Shown piece after piece: positions 23,643 to 35,350 of a stretch of 51,946 bases of DNA (its first letter is position 1; each line of letters begins with the position of its first letter). Both the position numbers and the translations under genes were made by a program. Under the pieces are notes generated by a model. It was not told the DNA's origin, did not search any database, and was given only the letters and a program-made list of their open reading frames with translations. The stretch covers positions 58,989 to 110,934 of the forward strand of contig NW_005434568.1 in NCBI RefSeq assembly GCF_000315625.1, written 5' to 3'. Origin of the DNA: Guillardia theta CCMP2712. Taxonomy: Eukaryota; Protista; Cryptophyta.

Positions 23643-24450
23643 TCATCGCTGAACCACGTGCTTGAGCGCCTCCTCAAATAGATCATCCATCGACAGCTGT
23701 CTTGACCGAAACTTGAGATGCTGACTGTGTGTAGCACAGTCAGCTGTGCTGGAAGAGATGCCACCATCCCTTGCATCGGCTTCGATGTCACAATCGTCTG
23801 TGCTTTCACAATCGCTGTTTTCTTCGTCATCGTCATCTTGCTCTTCATCCGATTCGAACTCTGATATTTCATCTTCTCCTGCAATTCTCTGCGTGCACAA
23901 GAGAAGGTGACATGTCAGCTTACAACAAGAGAAACAACTGCAAATAGATCACATCGGGCGGAGCCTCCGTGGACCGTCTTCTGATCCCCCCTGTTCGTTT
24001 GGTAGAGGAGGACGAAACTCCCTCCGAAGGCTCAGATTGGCAAGCCTTCTTCCTCGTTTTCCTCGGCTTTGAGTCCTTTGATCCTCGCGGTCTACCTGGA
24101 AGTCTTGCGCTAGGTTTCCATGTCCGCTCGTGATGCAGGCGCTCCTCCTCAGTCCACAGTACTCTGGTGACATTCCACCATGTCCGACGGTTCCAGATGT
24201 CTCGAATAGCCTTGGCTGTCACGCCGAACTCTTTGGCTACTTCCTCGCTCTTCGCTGTCTTCTTTCTCTTGTCGTTTGTTCGAGTTGAATAGATTGTGAG
24301 GACCATGGCCTTTGTGAGTACCCCCTTGGTCCGGAAATGATCGTTCTCCGTACCATAATGTATTTCTGCAGACCTACAAACCTCTGCATCACTTAAGGTG
24401 CCAGAAGAAATCAAAAGGAAATCTATTCCTTTTGTAATGTCTACATGCAA
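23643..24450 (-). CDS. HTH DNA-binding protein (KAIRDIWNRRTW type) with AT-hook-like motif and acidic tail; 5' end unresolved
   Basis: EVAKEFGVTAKAIRDIWNRRTW helix-turn-helix and PGRPRGSKDSKPR. In-phase 64-nt intron 23889-23952 (GT..CTGAC..CAG) joins an acidic last exon. Confidence 0.75.
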
Positions 24451-25403
24451 ACTTACCTGCTATCAACATCTTGCTGCTGTCCTTGTTCTTCCATGGTTCT
24501 TGTTCTTGACGGATCGCATGCAGTTCATTTTCCTTGGATATCTACAAGCATTGAAACCCCCTCTGAACGTAACTATCTTTTTCTCCATGTATGTTGTGTC
24601 ATTGGCCTGCCAACCTGTCAGCATTCCCAGTCAAATCTCAATCACTCTTGGCTTGTTCAGATTCTTGTTCATGATGGAAGTGGGAATGTCGACACAAAAA
24701 GTACAGCATCAAACAAACTTGGGGTCTTGACATGAAAAAATACAAAAATGAAAATACAATCCAATATACATCTGATCTGTTTGATGGAATTGTCAACTAT
24801 CTGTTTTTGAGTCGCCTATTGAATTATGGACAGCGGGTTTGAGAAAGAAAGATGGATGCAAAATGAAGTGAATGAAGTATGCTGAAAGATTTCAGCAGCA
24901 CAGCTGTAATTCAAGTTCAAGGGTTTGAAATTGACACAGGGAGCACTGGCTCATTGGAAACGCAAGTGCAAATGCAATGAATGTTGTAATCGATGCAGCA
25001 TCTTGAAGGTATGTATTCCTTCTAACGCATGCGGCCCGCACAGACCAAACATGCTGCATGAATCTGCTTGAGGTTGCGAGAGGTTGGCGATAAGGTAAGG
25101 AAAGAGGTGCAAACACTATAAAATGTCAAAATGACGATGGAAGATGTAGAGGCTTGCGATGAGAAACAGAATGATTGAGAGGGTGACGAGACGAGGGAAG
25201 AGATCTTGGGGTATGGCGAGGGATGGCAGAAGAGTGAAGAACAAGAATGCAAGGAGATCAGCCGCATTGTTGCTCCGAAATTGTCCTGACGGAGGAGAGA
25301 AGCGCCCCTGGACAGCGGAAGGGGAAGCAGAACCGGTGGTTGTGAGGAGAAGAAGTGGTGGGTAGTGGGGGCTATGTTAGGGGGTGGGGTCCTGGGGGCT
25401 GTG

Positions 25404-25547
25404 GGGGTAGTCCTTAGTTGTCGTTACGCGGCGGATTTAACCTTAGTCTGATTGTGAGACGTTGTGATATAGGAAAAAAGCAATCGATTTTCCTTCTAAA
25501 ATAAGTCAATAATTTGTACCATGACTTTAACTTTTAGAGTTTTATTC
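25404..25547 (-). repeat. Dispersed upstream module, copy 2
   Basis: Reverse-complement homolog of 9766-9882 with a longer central spacer. Confidence 0.8.
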
Positions 25548-27490
25548 TCTTTTTAATTCATTTTTGGAAGTGTTGGATTAGTAGTGAAACTGAAATGTTT
25601 GCGCAGAACCAGCGCGCTACGGTGTGAGATGTTAGCGCTATGCTGTTGTAGGTGATGTTCCAAGCAAGTACACGCAGGATGAAGAAGGACGTAATACGCA
25701 CGAGGTATTGCATGGTCGAATTACATTACTCATGTTCCAATTACAATGAACACAGGAACAAAGTGAAAATGTACAATACATATCATCACATGTACTGAAT
25801 ATCTGTTGCTAAACTTCATTCCATACACCTCAGCTCAACTCACTTCTACTCAGAACCGTCGTGATGGTGCCTGTCTCGCTTCTTTTACGAATCCATGATG
25901 AACATGAAGCTTGCCCTGCTGTGCTTCCCTGAGAAGGCGGTATCCATTTGTGTTGCTAAATCTTGTCAATCATGCGTCGAGGCGAAGCCAATGATTCATT
26001 GATTGATTGCCATTCTGCAAGTTTACCTCATGAACACCGTTAACCATAGGAGTCCTCACCATGAACACTGACATTCGCATCGCAAGTTCGAATATCAAGT
26101 TCAAACCGCTTTCAGTGCCCTCACGGTCCATGCAGCCTCCAACCCCATTCCTCAAGTTTGAAGGTCGTGACATTCCTGAGCTGCTGAGGCATCAATCCTC
26201 TTGTCTCACAATGGGAAGCACGAGCCACGGGTTGATGTGCACCGAGCATCAGGTCGAATGGTGTTTGACTCAACGTTCATCGCGCGGGGGGAAGGGAGAA
26301 CCTTGAACCCGCAACGGTTGGAGCTAATCCTGTGGGGGTTTTAAAGCACGTCAGCAATCTAGGAAATGGGGGGTGGGTAGTAGTTTGGCTGCCTTATTTT
26401 ACTTGTTGGGACATGGAGAAAAAAACTAAAAACAAAATAGGGAACTGGGAAGGGCTGGCGGACTTGACCGACAGACTTCGCGAGGAACGACAAGCCAGTC
26501 CGTCAGCCAGCTGACGATCAGGATTGAAGGAAAGAGCGGAGGAGTGAACGCAGGATACAAAAAAGGGTCGCGGGCCAGAGCACTGAAAATCAGGCGAAGA
26601 AAATCATCTGATACGGAACGAAGGGCATGAGCATTGTGACACAGCCAAAGCTATGCCGTCGATATCGGTCGAGGATAGAAGACACGGCACTAAGAAGACA
26701 GAAAGAATTAGAGTTGCGCAGTTGTGAGCAACGAACAGCGACAGATGTAATGATGTATTCAAGATGATATGCAGAAGCAAAGTGGAGGAAATCTAGTGCA
26801 ATGCAAGGTAGCTAGCACTACAGGTACATTGGAAACGTGAGGAAAGCAAAACAGAAACTAGAAAACATGAAGGGAAGCAAGCCTGCAAAAGGGTAATGCA
26901 GGAGGCTTGAGCAGGAGACAGACTCATGGAGTGTTGACTTGTGAGATCAACCAATAAGGTGATCAACATCCGACTAACCAAGACAAGGCTGAGACTTGAG
27001 CTTTGACGAGAGATGCGGTAAATCGGGCTGATTAAGATCGACACAGCAATACACAAAGACTGAGCCGCAGAAGAATTGAATCAAAAGTACTGAGGTAGGC
27101 CAAGGATTCATAAACTCGTATCCTGCCTGGCTGTCTTACTTCACTCGGTGCTGTTGTTGGAGTTGAACATGGATGGCAATCGGTTACTGTTAGGCCTTGA
27201 CGTGCTGATGACAGGCTCAGGAGTGCAGAGTCTGGTCAAGATTATGCACGTGCGGTCGTCTCCAGCGACGGGCTCAAAACCAGTCGTTGTAAGCCTTCTT
27301 GTTTCATTGCGCTACAAGACCATCATCAGCGTCACAATTTCGCAGCATGGCTCCTAGTCCACATACTGATTTTGAGTAAAAGTTAAGTTTAAAAGAGTGC
27401 TAACGAGAACCGGCACTGCTGCTCCCCAGGAGTAGAGGCCGACAAAAAGAAGAGGCAGTCACTTGGATTGCAGATGCCTTGATCAGCTTC

Positions 27491-27563
27491 TGGGCTCGCC
27501 GTGGATCGAACACAGGACCTTTAGATCTTCAGTCTAACGCGCTCCCAACTGCGCCACAAACCC
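27491..27563 (-). tRNA. tRNA-Phe (GAA)
   Basis: GGGTTTG-TG-GCGCAGTTGGGAGCGC-G-TTAGACTGAAGATCTAA-AGGTC-CTGTGTTCGATCCACGG-CGAGCCC-A folds into a cloverleaf. TATATA ~32 bp upstream; T5 terminator ~45 nt downstream. Confidence 0.97.
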
Positions 27564-28071
27564 ACTGCCTCGATTGCACCTAGGGTCATTGCAGTATATA
27601 TAGTAGATAGTCAAAGGTGGGGTAGTCGGGGAGGGGTGAGAAGGGGTGGGTCGGCGAGGAGGTGGGGTGGACATGGGGTTTGTGACTTTCCGGCTCCAGT
27701 TTCATGCGTCGTACGGGATCGAACAGAGATCGTGTCCCCTCCTCCTCCTCCTCCTCTTCACTCTCCCTCTCTTGTTGCTCCCTCCTCTACCAACCAGCCT
27801 CTTGCTATGACGACATCTTCCTGTCTTCTCTCCTCCTGGCTTCATTCACTTGATTGGCTGCCTACAAACTATCCTCCTCTGTCTCCTGTGCTCGTTGCAA
27901 CTTGATAGGAGTATGATAGGAATGTCGCCAGCCTTTTGATGCGCTTGTACAATATGCATTCGTCTTTGACTTTCTTTGGATCTGTTGATCGTTACAACAT
28001 TCATGCCTAGTTTTGCCATCATCTCTCCAAAACTCTGTTTGTCCATGACAGTTCACCGTACCAGGCAGGAC

Positions 28072-29050
28072 ATGGCCACCGTGTCGAGTTCGATCTTGCC
28101 TCTAGGGGGGCAGCCGGACTTGTTGCGATTCAACGATGAGGTGCTTGTTGGTCTTCATGTACCAGCCAGGGTTGGGTTGAAAGTTCTGCTTTCGTACCAG
28201 GTTAATGGTCTCAATGTAACAAACATTTTACTGAATTTTCAACATCATCAGGGGATAGTTGAGCTAAAAAATGACAGCATCGGCCATAAATTGACAAGGT
28301 TGAAAGACAACTGTGTCTAAATGTCCTTTTCTTGTTCTTTACCTGCAATCATCCCTTCAAGAAGGGGTTTTATCTCCCGCTATTTGTTAAATGTCGCAAC
28401 TGTCTGCAGTTCCGTGGTGATCGTTGCCTGGTTGTATTGTCGTTTAGTGATCTCTGCGTGGATTCTTGCTCTTCTGTCCTTTATTCCCTACACCCTTTCA
28501 GTCTACTGTCCACCTCTTCCATCCTCACATCCATCTACAACCGAGTATTCCTTTATGAACGTCTGAACATACATCTTCCCTGCATGCACGTGTATGGTGG
28601 GCTTAAACATGAATGTTGTCATCTTTCCTCACTTTTCTTTCCTGTTCTGATCTGTGTTCTGTCTACGCTTTATATGTGATTTTTCCTCAAGAGGACGCAA
28701 TGGATATATCACTCGCGTTCATGAGAATGGCAACGCCTGCATGGTGAAATGGAGCGCCACTGAGAATGAATGCGGCTGGTATCGTGCGGGGGCATACGGA
28801 ACTTACCATCTCAAACTCCATGAAATGGTAACTGTAGGCGCATTTGTCATGGTGCTGACGGTAAAGATGAACTTAGGGAAACAGCGTTGCAGAGGTGGAA
28901 GACAGGAAGAACAGAGTGGAATCGGAGTCGACGATGGACGCTCTCCTGCATGCTTCGAGCAGCGGCAACTTGTAATAGTTTAAACCACCTTAGGTGAGGT
29001 GGAAGCACTGATGCAGACAACTTGTCGTGTTACAGCAAGATTAACATGAT
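28072..29050 (+). CDS. Mib/HERC2-domain protein fragment with ankyrin-like segment (possibly degenerate)
   Basis: GRNGYITRVHENGNACMVKWSATENECGWYRAGAYGTYHLKL resembles the Mib_herc2 pattern (V.W...YR.G..G.Y.L). The next putative exon has ALLHASSSGNL. Full exon chain not resolved. Confidence 0.45.
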
Positions 29051-29303
29051 TCGAATAATTGTTATACGCAATTGTTAAAATCTGTCCAACTACGCTGTCT
29101 TCTCAAGCATTGACGCAAGAGTCACAGAATGAAAGTATTCCTGAATTTCATGAAGAGGCTTTCTGATGCAGGAAATTCATTTCACAACAAAAAATTTAAA
29201 GCTTCACGCCGAAATGGTCAACAGTCCCCTTTACACGCTGACTTGTGTGCTTCTGTGTAAGGAGAAAAGGTCAACGAAAGAAATCAAGCACACCGAGCCT
29301 CAG

Positions 29304-29574
29304 TCAGACCTGTGTGGCTTTGTTGTTCTTCTTGGCAAACTTCTGGTTGCGGATGAACTTGGGGTCCATCTGACAAAACGTCAGTCATGGTGAGAAAAGA
29401 CGGTACGTGCTGCAGTGCCAAGACCAAAGAAAGAGAAGCTAAATGGGAATGAGAACGTGCAGGCAGGCTTACCCCCTTGGTAGAGATCTTAGTGCCAGTT
29501 TTAGGGCGCTTAATTCCATTCCTGTGCGCTTTGTAGTTCTGGTTGTGATTGGTGTGATTCTTGGACTTGGCCAT
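29304..29574 (-). CDS. RPL29: 60S ribosomal protein L29 (eL29)
   Basis: Exons 29473-29574 and 29304-29369: MAKSKNHTNHNQNYKAHRNGIKRPK...KG/MDPKFIRNQKFAKKNN. An acceptor just upstream of the ATG suggests a 5'UTR intron. Confidence 0.97.
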
Positions 29575-30267
29575 CCCTGCTGAACCATATCAGAGAAATA
29601 CAGACAGAACATACATCTCCGCAATCAGATATTGAACACATGTCCATATAAATTCAACTATATGTCCATCCCTGCCTCTGCAGGAGCTCAGCCTAACTTG
29701 CGCTGACTAGTTCTTCGTATCGCTGTTACTAGGTCTCATATGTTCAACTTGCAGGCAAAGGAAAATCATACATGGAGTAAACAACAGTTTGCACGCCAAT
29801 TCATCAAATCCCAAATGTACATCCAAGATTCCGCTTCAAAACAAAATCCCCTCAGAATTTTTCTTACAGTTCCCCTGAGTATGATAGCTGTGGCCATTTT
29901 TGCCATCACAATCAGCCAAAGAATTTTGTGTGTATCATCGTAAATGTGTCTCTCGTAGCATTCATCATATTTGAAACCAGAAATCCAACCATCAAAGCTC
30001 ATGCCATGCAGTCAGGGCTGATTATAGGAACGCATGCGGTTCCAACAACAGCACAACACCTCCAGGCTAATTTGCTTCCCTGCATATCGATATTCTTGAG
30101 CTATCACCGCAACAAAGCAGCAAACAGCTCATAACTTGTGATCAATCTCTTTTCACATCTCTCATCTTCTTCTCTCTCTCGTCGCATGCGGCGCATACAT
30201 CCCTCCTCCTCCTCTCGCCATCTCACCTCCTGCTCGAGCGTGCACGCGGCCAACCTTCTTTTTTTTT

Positions 30268-30432
30268 AAACGGTTAAATCGTAACCGTTTCCCATGACGG
30301 CCCGCCCCGGCAGCCGGAACTTGGGAACTCAGTTGAGTGACCTCGGGCCGCCTCCGGGCTGCTGCGGTGTGCCGGGCCCGCGCACTTGAAGTCCTCAAAG
30401 TTGAGTTAAAGATCAGTACCGTGTGACTTCGA
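30268..30432. promoter_or_regulatory. Short GC-rich island 5 / bidirectional RPL29-SMN promoter
   Basis: 9-bp inverted repeat AAACGGTTA-n5-TAACCGTTT (30268-30290), plus AACTTGG, ACTTGAAG, AAAGTTGAG and CCGGGCCCG words. Confidence 0.55.
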
Positions 30433-30468
30433 GTGAAGCATCCGTGTGAACGAACCAACTCGATCGGC

Positions 30469-32619
30469 ATGGCTGCACCGGCCGCTAGCTTCGACTGGGA
30501 CGACGCGGAGCTCATGAGAGCATGGGAGGCATCACGACGAACCTACAACGTGAGCAGTACGCAGCCAGTGAAGGGATCTGTGATGAGTTGCTCATATCGT
30601 GATGACATCATGGCATGCTTGACATAGCATGCCTACAATGTTTCTTGTATAGGCTGGAAAAGCTGGAAAGCGGGTGAAAGTTGAGGGATCGAGACAGAGA
30701 AAAATCAATCAGTTGAAATCGTATCAAAGAAGTCAGTTAGTAGATGGATCATTGAGCTCTGTGTTTGCTCCAACAGTGTTAGAACGTGGTTATGATGAGC
30801 CATACCTAGATGTCTCAATGCTGATTTTGCTCGCTGAAGATGTGTTGCCTTCACTGCTTGCAATGACATGTCGATCAGGACGAAGAAGCCCTCGAGGAAG
30901 AAGAGGCCCTGCTGTACCCAGAAGAGGAGGAGGAATATGAAGGGGACGAGGAAGAGGCGGCCAAGGTCGGCGAGCAGGAGAGGACAGTCGAGACTTGGGC
31001 AGGGGCTGTGAATGGATATCAGGTAAGACATCTGTGCTGCGAATCTTTCATCCTCTCAACGTTCGTCGCTGACCTCGCGAGCGTCGGCAACATCCTCTCG
31101 TCCGTCTCTTGTCCGGCTCACTCCTGCCTGCAGGAGTCAGCTTCCTACCCTGCACCGCACATGGCAACTGAGATGAGCTGGTGCCGGCTGCCCTCTGTGT
31201 TCTCCTCTCACCAGAGCTCCGATCCTCCAGGGCCAACACCTACCCAGGAGCCCACACCATGCCTCCTCCTACCGGCTATCCTCCCATGCCCTCTTACCCC
31301 CCAGCCTTTCCTCCTTATCCCTCCTACCCCTACTCTCCATACTCGATTCCTCCTCCCTACATGCACGAGCTTGCCCTTCAGCAGGATGCCTACTACAGGC
31401 GAGCATGCCGGAGCTGCTGCATGTGGATGAGGCTCACGAAGTTTACAGGGCACCTGCGTCCTTTCACGCGCAGGAGAGTCAAGCTCGGGGAGGAGGGAGG
31501 AGAGGAGCGGCAGGTTTGCTCAGCACCATGCGTGTGCTCGACGTTAACGTTCCGTTGTGCTCCCAGCAGCAGCTCAGCATGGAGGATACGAAACAATGGA
31601 GCAGGCCAACTTGAACGGGAGGGCAGCGGATGATGAGGGAGAAACATCCACGGAAGGATCCGGTAGTAGAAACCTTAGAGAATGAAGAGGAATGCTTGCG
31701 AAGTTTTCGAACTGAGTGTCTTGCTTGCCAGGCGTGAAGTTCTATGAAGATGGAGTCCCTCTCACAAAGAGGGAGGTCGAAGAACAAGCGTACCCCGGTG
31801 ATTTCACTCGTTCCCCTACACAGCTCCTCCTCAATCCCTTCGCCTCCCAATTTGCTCTTCCGCCACTCTCCTTGGCCAACGGTTTCGTCAATCCTCTTGT
31901 CCTTGCTTGTTCTTGCGCTCTTGGTTACCGACTAAGGAGAATTTGTTCTGATGCCTCAGAATTTCTCGACACCTCGATACCTCAAGATAGACCGCATGCC
32001 AGGTCATTCAGCCTCCATGTTCCACTTCCTCTTTTGCTCTTCCGCTCTCCTCCATCCATTCATTCCTCAATATTTCTTCATTTCCCTTCCTTTTTCCGTC
32101 ATCTTGCTATTCAGGAAAAATCTTCGGAAAACGTATTCTCCCCCTGGTATGGCGCGTTCGAAAGGTAACGAGGTTTCCTGCAGCCTGCTCGTCTGATCCC
32201 TACCTCCCTGCACTCCCCCAACCTGACCTCCCTCACGTCATCCACTTTCAGCAGGCCCTGTCGATGTGCCTCTGCCTCCTGTAGTCGACGATGAGGACGA
32301 GGACTTGTCTAACCTCCTGCTTGCATGGTACGCCTGTTGCACTCTGCCACTATCCCACTTCCTGTCCCTTATCCGAACTCGGCAATTCGCAATCCCTCGC
32401 AGCTTTCTCGAACATTCTCAACCCTGCTCTCCATCATACCACTACCGCTCCCCTCACCTCTCCCGGTCTTTCCCTCATCGTGTCTCAGGTACTACACGGG
32501 CTTCTACACCGCCAAATATCAGGTGCTCTCCTTCCTGCAGCATCCGATCCGCTCCTCGCGGTGACACAGGGCAGATGAGGAGGAGCAAAACATACAGCTC
32601 GGGGTCAGGCGAGCCATGA
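30469..32619 (+). CDS. SMN: Survival motor neuron (SMN) homolog
   Basis: N-terminal Gemin2-binding motif (FDWDDAELMRAW), Pro/Tyr-rich middle, C-terminal YG box split by an intron (DEDLSNLLLAW/YYTGFYTAKYQ). Internal exons approximate. Confidence 0.85.
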
Positions 32620-32991
32620 GAAAATCGAGAAGCGAGGGAGGGAGAGAGAGAGGAGGAAGGAGGGGACTGGGAGGAGGCTCTGCTGGAACCATCCTGGGTA
32701 TTTGACGGAAAGGTGAGGGTGGGTTGTGGGAGGCGCAGGGCGGACCAGCTGAAGCAGTAGTAAATACTTCTTGGCTTGTCTGATCTGCATTCCGATCGAG
32801 TCGTTTCACATTGAGAAGCCCAAGGACGACTTCTTCTCATCCGCCGAGTTGGACGAGGCAGACTGTCACGAATTTGAGTCATGCCGCGCCATGCCAACCG
32901 ATACCTCCCTCTTTCTCCTCTCCATCTTCCTCTCCCTCTCGATCTCTCACTCTCCTTCTCCCCTCCCTGATTCTATCCTTCACCCTCGCGC

Positions 32992-34910
32992 CTAGCTGCT
33001 GCCAAATCCTCCCTCCTCTACCTTCGCAAAGTCCGTCGCAGCGTCCATTGTTAGCTCATCCTCCGTGAGTAGGCGCGCAACCTTTGCAAGCTGCTGGTGA
33101 GGAGGTGGACAGGGCAAGACAGGGCAGGACAGGGCAGGACAGGACGGTAGAGAAGGGGAGGGGAGGAGAGAACAGCACAGCACAGGGCAGGAGCAAGGGG
33201 AACGAGGCACTGGTTACCTTGGGGCTGATGGTGAAAGTATTGCAGCCCCGAGCAGCGAGCACGGCAAGCTTGTGAAGACTTGAGCGGTGGCGTTGAAGCA
33301 AGTCAAATCTCACCTGGTCCGCGTCGCGGATGGAGGCGACGAGTACTCTTGTCTTGGAACGCATCCCATCGACGATCTTCGTGGCCGTTATGCCGTTACA
33401 TGTCAAGCCTCAAGTCAGATCTCACCTTCTGCATGTCGACAACAGATTGCATCCCATCCCTTCCTGCATCGTTCATCCTTCCAAGATAAGGAGCCACGTA
33501 CTCGGCTCCTGCACTGACGCTCGTGATGACCTGTAAGATATTCCATGAGGGTAAGGCGGTTCGGCTAGAAGGCACGGAACTGAAGACAAGAGAAGGAAAA
33601 GAGACAGGAAAGGGAAGCAAGCAGAGAAGGAGGAGGAGGCAGCAGACTCAAAAGAATGACCCCGAAACTATGAACAGCAAGGGAGTAGAGTTGAGGAGGC
33701 AACCTGATGAGGACTGTAGCAGGCAGTTGTACACACTCGGATCCCCAAGTTTGACATCATGCTTGCTGCTTCGATTCCCGCGAACGTGAGAGGAACTTTG
33801 ACGACAACACGAGAGTCGAGGTTCGCCAGCCGAATCCCGTTGTCAACCAGCTCGTCGACCTGCACAGCACGGTCATTTCTAACTCCCAGCTGACTTGCGA
33901 TCGACCTTGGTCCCCCACGTCTGGCACATGAACTCCTTGGAGCCCAAGGCAAAAGCTGTTGCTGCAAGATCTTGGAGCGCGTGATGCGAGCAAGGCACTT
34001 TCGCACGTTCCAGCTAAAAGAGTCAACCTCAAATCATGTTGAGGACAAGAAGAATGGCGGAGTCGAAAGGTAGCCGGGTGCAGGATCGGGAGGAACAACC
34101 CGTCGGATGAGGGAAGCGAGGATAGAGCAGGGAGCGTTTCACTGACCAGCAAGGGATTAGTCGTGACGCCATAGAAGATGCCGAGGGGTAGGAGTTCCGC
34201 CATTTCGTTCAAGTTTGCGGTGTCCAGGAACAGGCGGCAATCACCCTGTCACAATGGTGAGCTCAGCCATGCGTGATCCTCTTCTCCACCTTCTTCTCCG
34301 TCATTGATGGAGCCGGAACGTCGAGCGTGTGCTGATAGAAACAAGTCGGTCAGCAAGCATCGCAAGAAAATCCGTGAAAATGAGAGGCCGGGCGGGTCAG
34401 TTCAAACACAGGGTTGCGGATCAGGGAAGGAGAAATGATTGTTAATTTTCTCGAGGATAAGATAACATTTGATAGGAAGAGGTGCGCATGATCTCAAGGA
34501 CGGCATGCTGTCACTTCACCTGCTTCCATAGAGACACCTTGTCCTTGGCTGCAGCAGACTTGCTCGATGATGCTGGCATCGTCCACTGAGTGACAGGTCG
34601 TTTTGTTGGCAGAGGATGATCCTCTTGGTCTCCGTTCATCGGAGTGCTGCATCGAATTCTCGTCTTGCCCATGTCAGTCTTGCGGCGACCGGCTTGGCCC
34701 AGCGCAACATTCCTAGCGAGCAGGGACGAGGACAAGGAACTGAAACACAACCTGATGGCATGAACAGCGTCAGGGTACCGAGAAGGAGGGACATGGCATA
34801 CAGAGGTACCGGCCTGAAGCAGGTGTCTTAAGTTCAGCATGTGAGAGGCTCACTGCCCATGCCGCCAAGTTCACAGCCATCGTCAACCAAGCCAGCCGCA
34901 TTCCTGCCAT
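32992..34910 (-). CDS. Transaldolase-superfamily class I aldolase (FSA/TalC type) with N-terminal targeting sequence
   Basis: FLDTANL, GVTTNPLL, VVVKVPLT (Schiff-base Lys), YVAPYLGRMND, VLVASIR, TFTISP motifs across exons. Putative exon 1 (34854-34910) is MAGMRLAWLTMAVNLAAWA. Confidence 0.85.
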
Positions 34911-35099
34911 CTTACGCCTCTTCCTCAAGGGTACTCCCACTCTGACCACCCACCTTCAATATTCCATGAAATGTAACTATACTATACCGGTAGTCATGGT
35001 ATGATGACACTACCCTACCCTATCTTCTCGATTATGGAATTCCGCTGAAGCTTTGGCGTGATCGGATTTCAAGAGCTCATAACCGGTTTAATAAGGTCA

Positions 35100-35350
35100 G
35101 GCTCTCTTCAGGCTTGGCCAGGACTTTTATTCCTTAGGCCCCCGGCCGGGCGGCCCGCCGGGCGGCCCGACCGACCGAGCCGCCAGCGGGGCGGGCAACG
35201 GGTACTCAAGGGCCTCCAGCGACTCCCTTGAACTTGAACATATTTTAAAACTGGAAGGGAGAGGATTCAGAATTTGAAGTCGCAAACAACGGAACCAGCT
35301 CTGAAATTTGAAACTTTGAAACTCGCGGGAGTCGTCAAGCTTTGTGAAGG
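35100..35350. promoter_or_regulatory. GC-rich island 6
   Basis: CCGGCCGGGCGGCCCGCCGGGCGGCCCG core, TTGAACTTGAAC (~35228) and GAAACTTTGAAAC; between divergent aldolase and ODC genes. Confidence 0.5.

Noticed and set aside
25860-27360. Possible small genes between the HTH gene and the tRNA
   Set aside because: Short ORFs with no recognisable motif or consistent exon chain
29912-29968. C/D-box snoRNA candidate (ATGATGA...CTGA, minus strand) in the presumed RPL29 5'UTR intron
   Set aside because: Only ~57 nt, 3-bp terminal stem, and no rRNA/snRNA complementarity I can recognise; would need snoscan or small-RNA data
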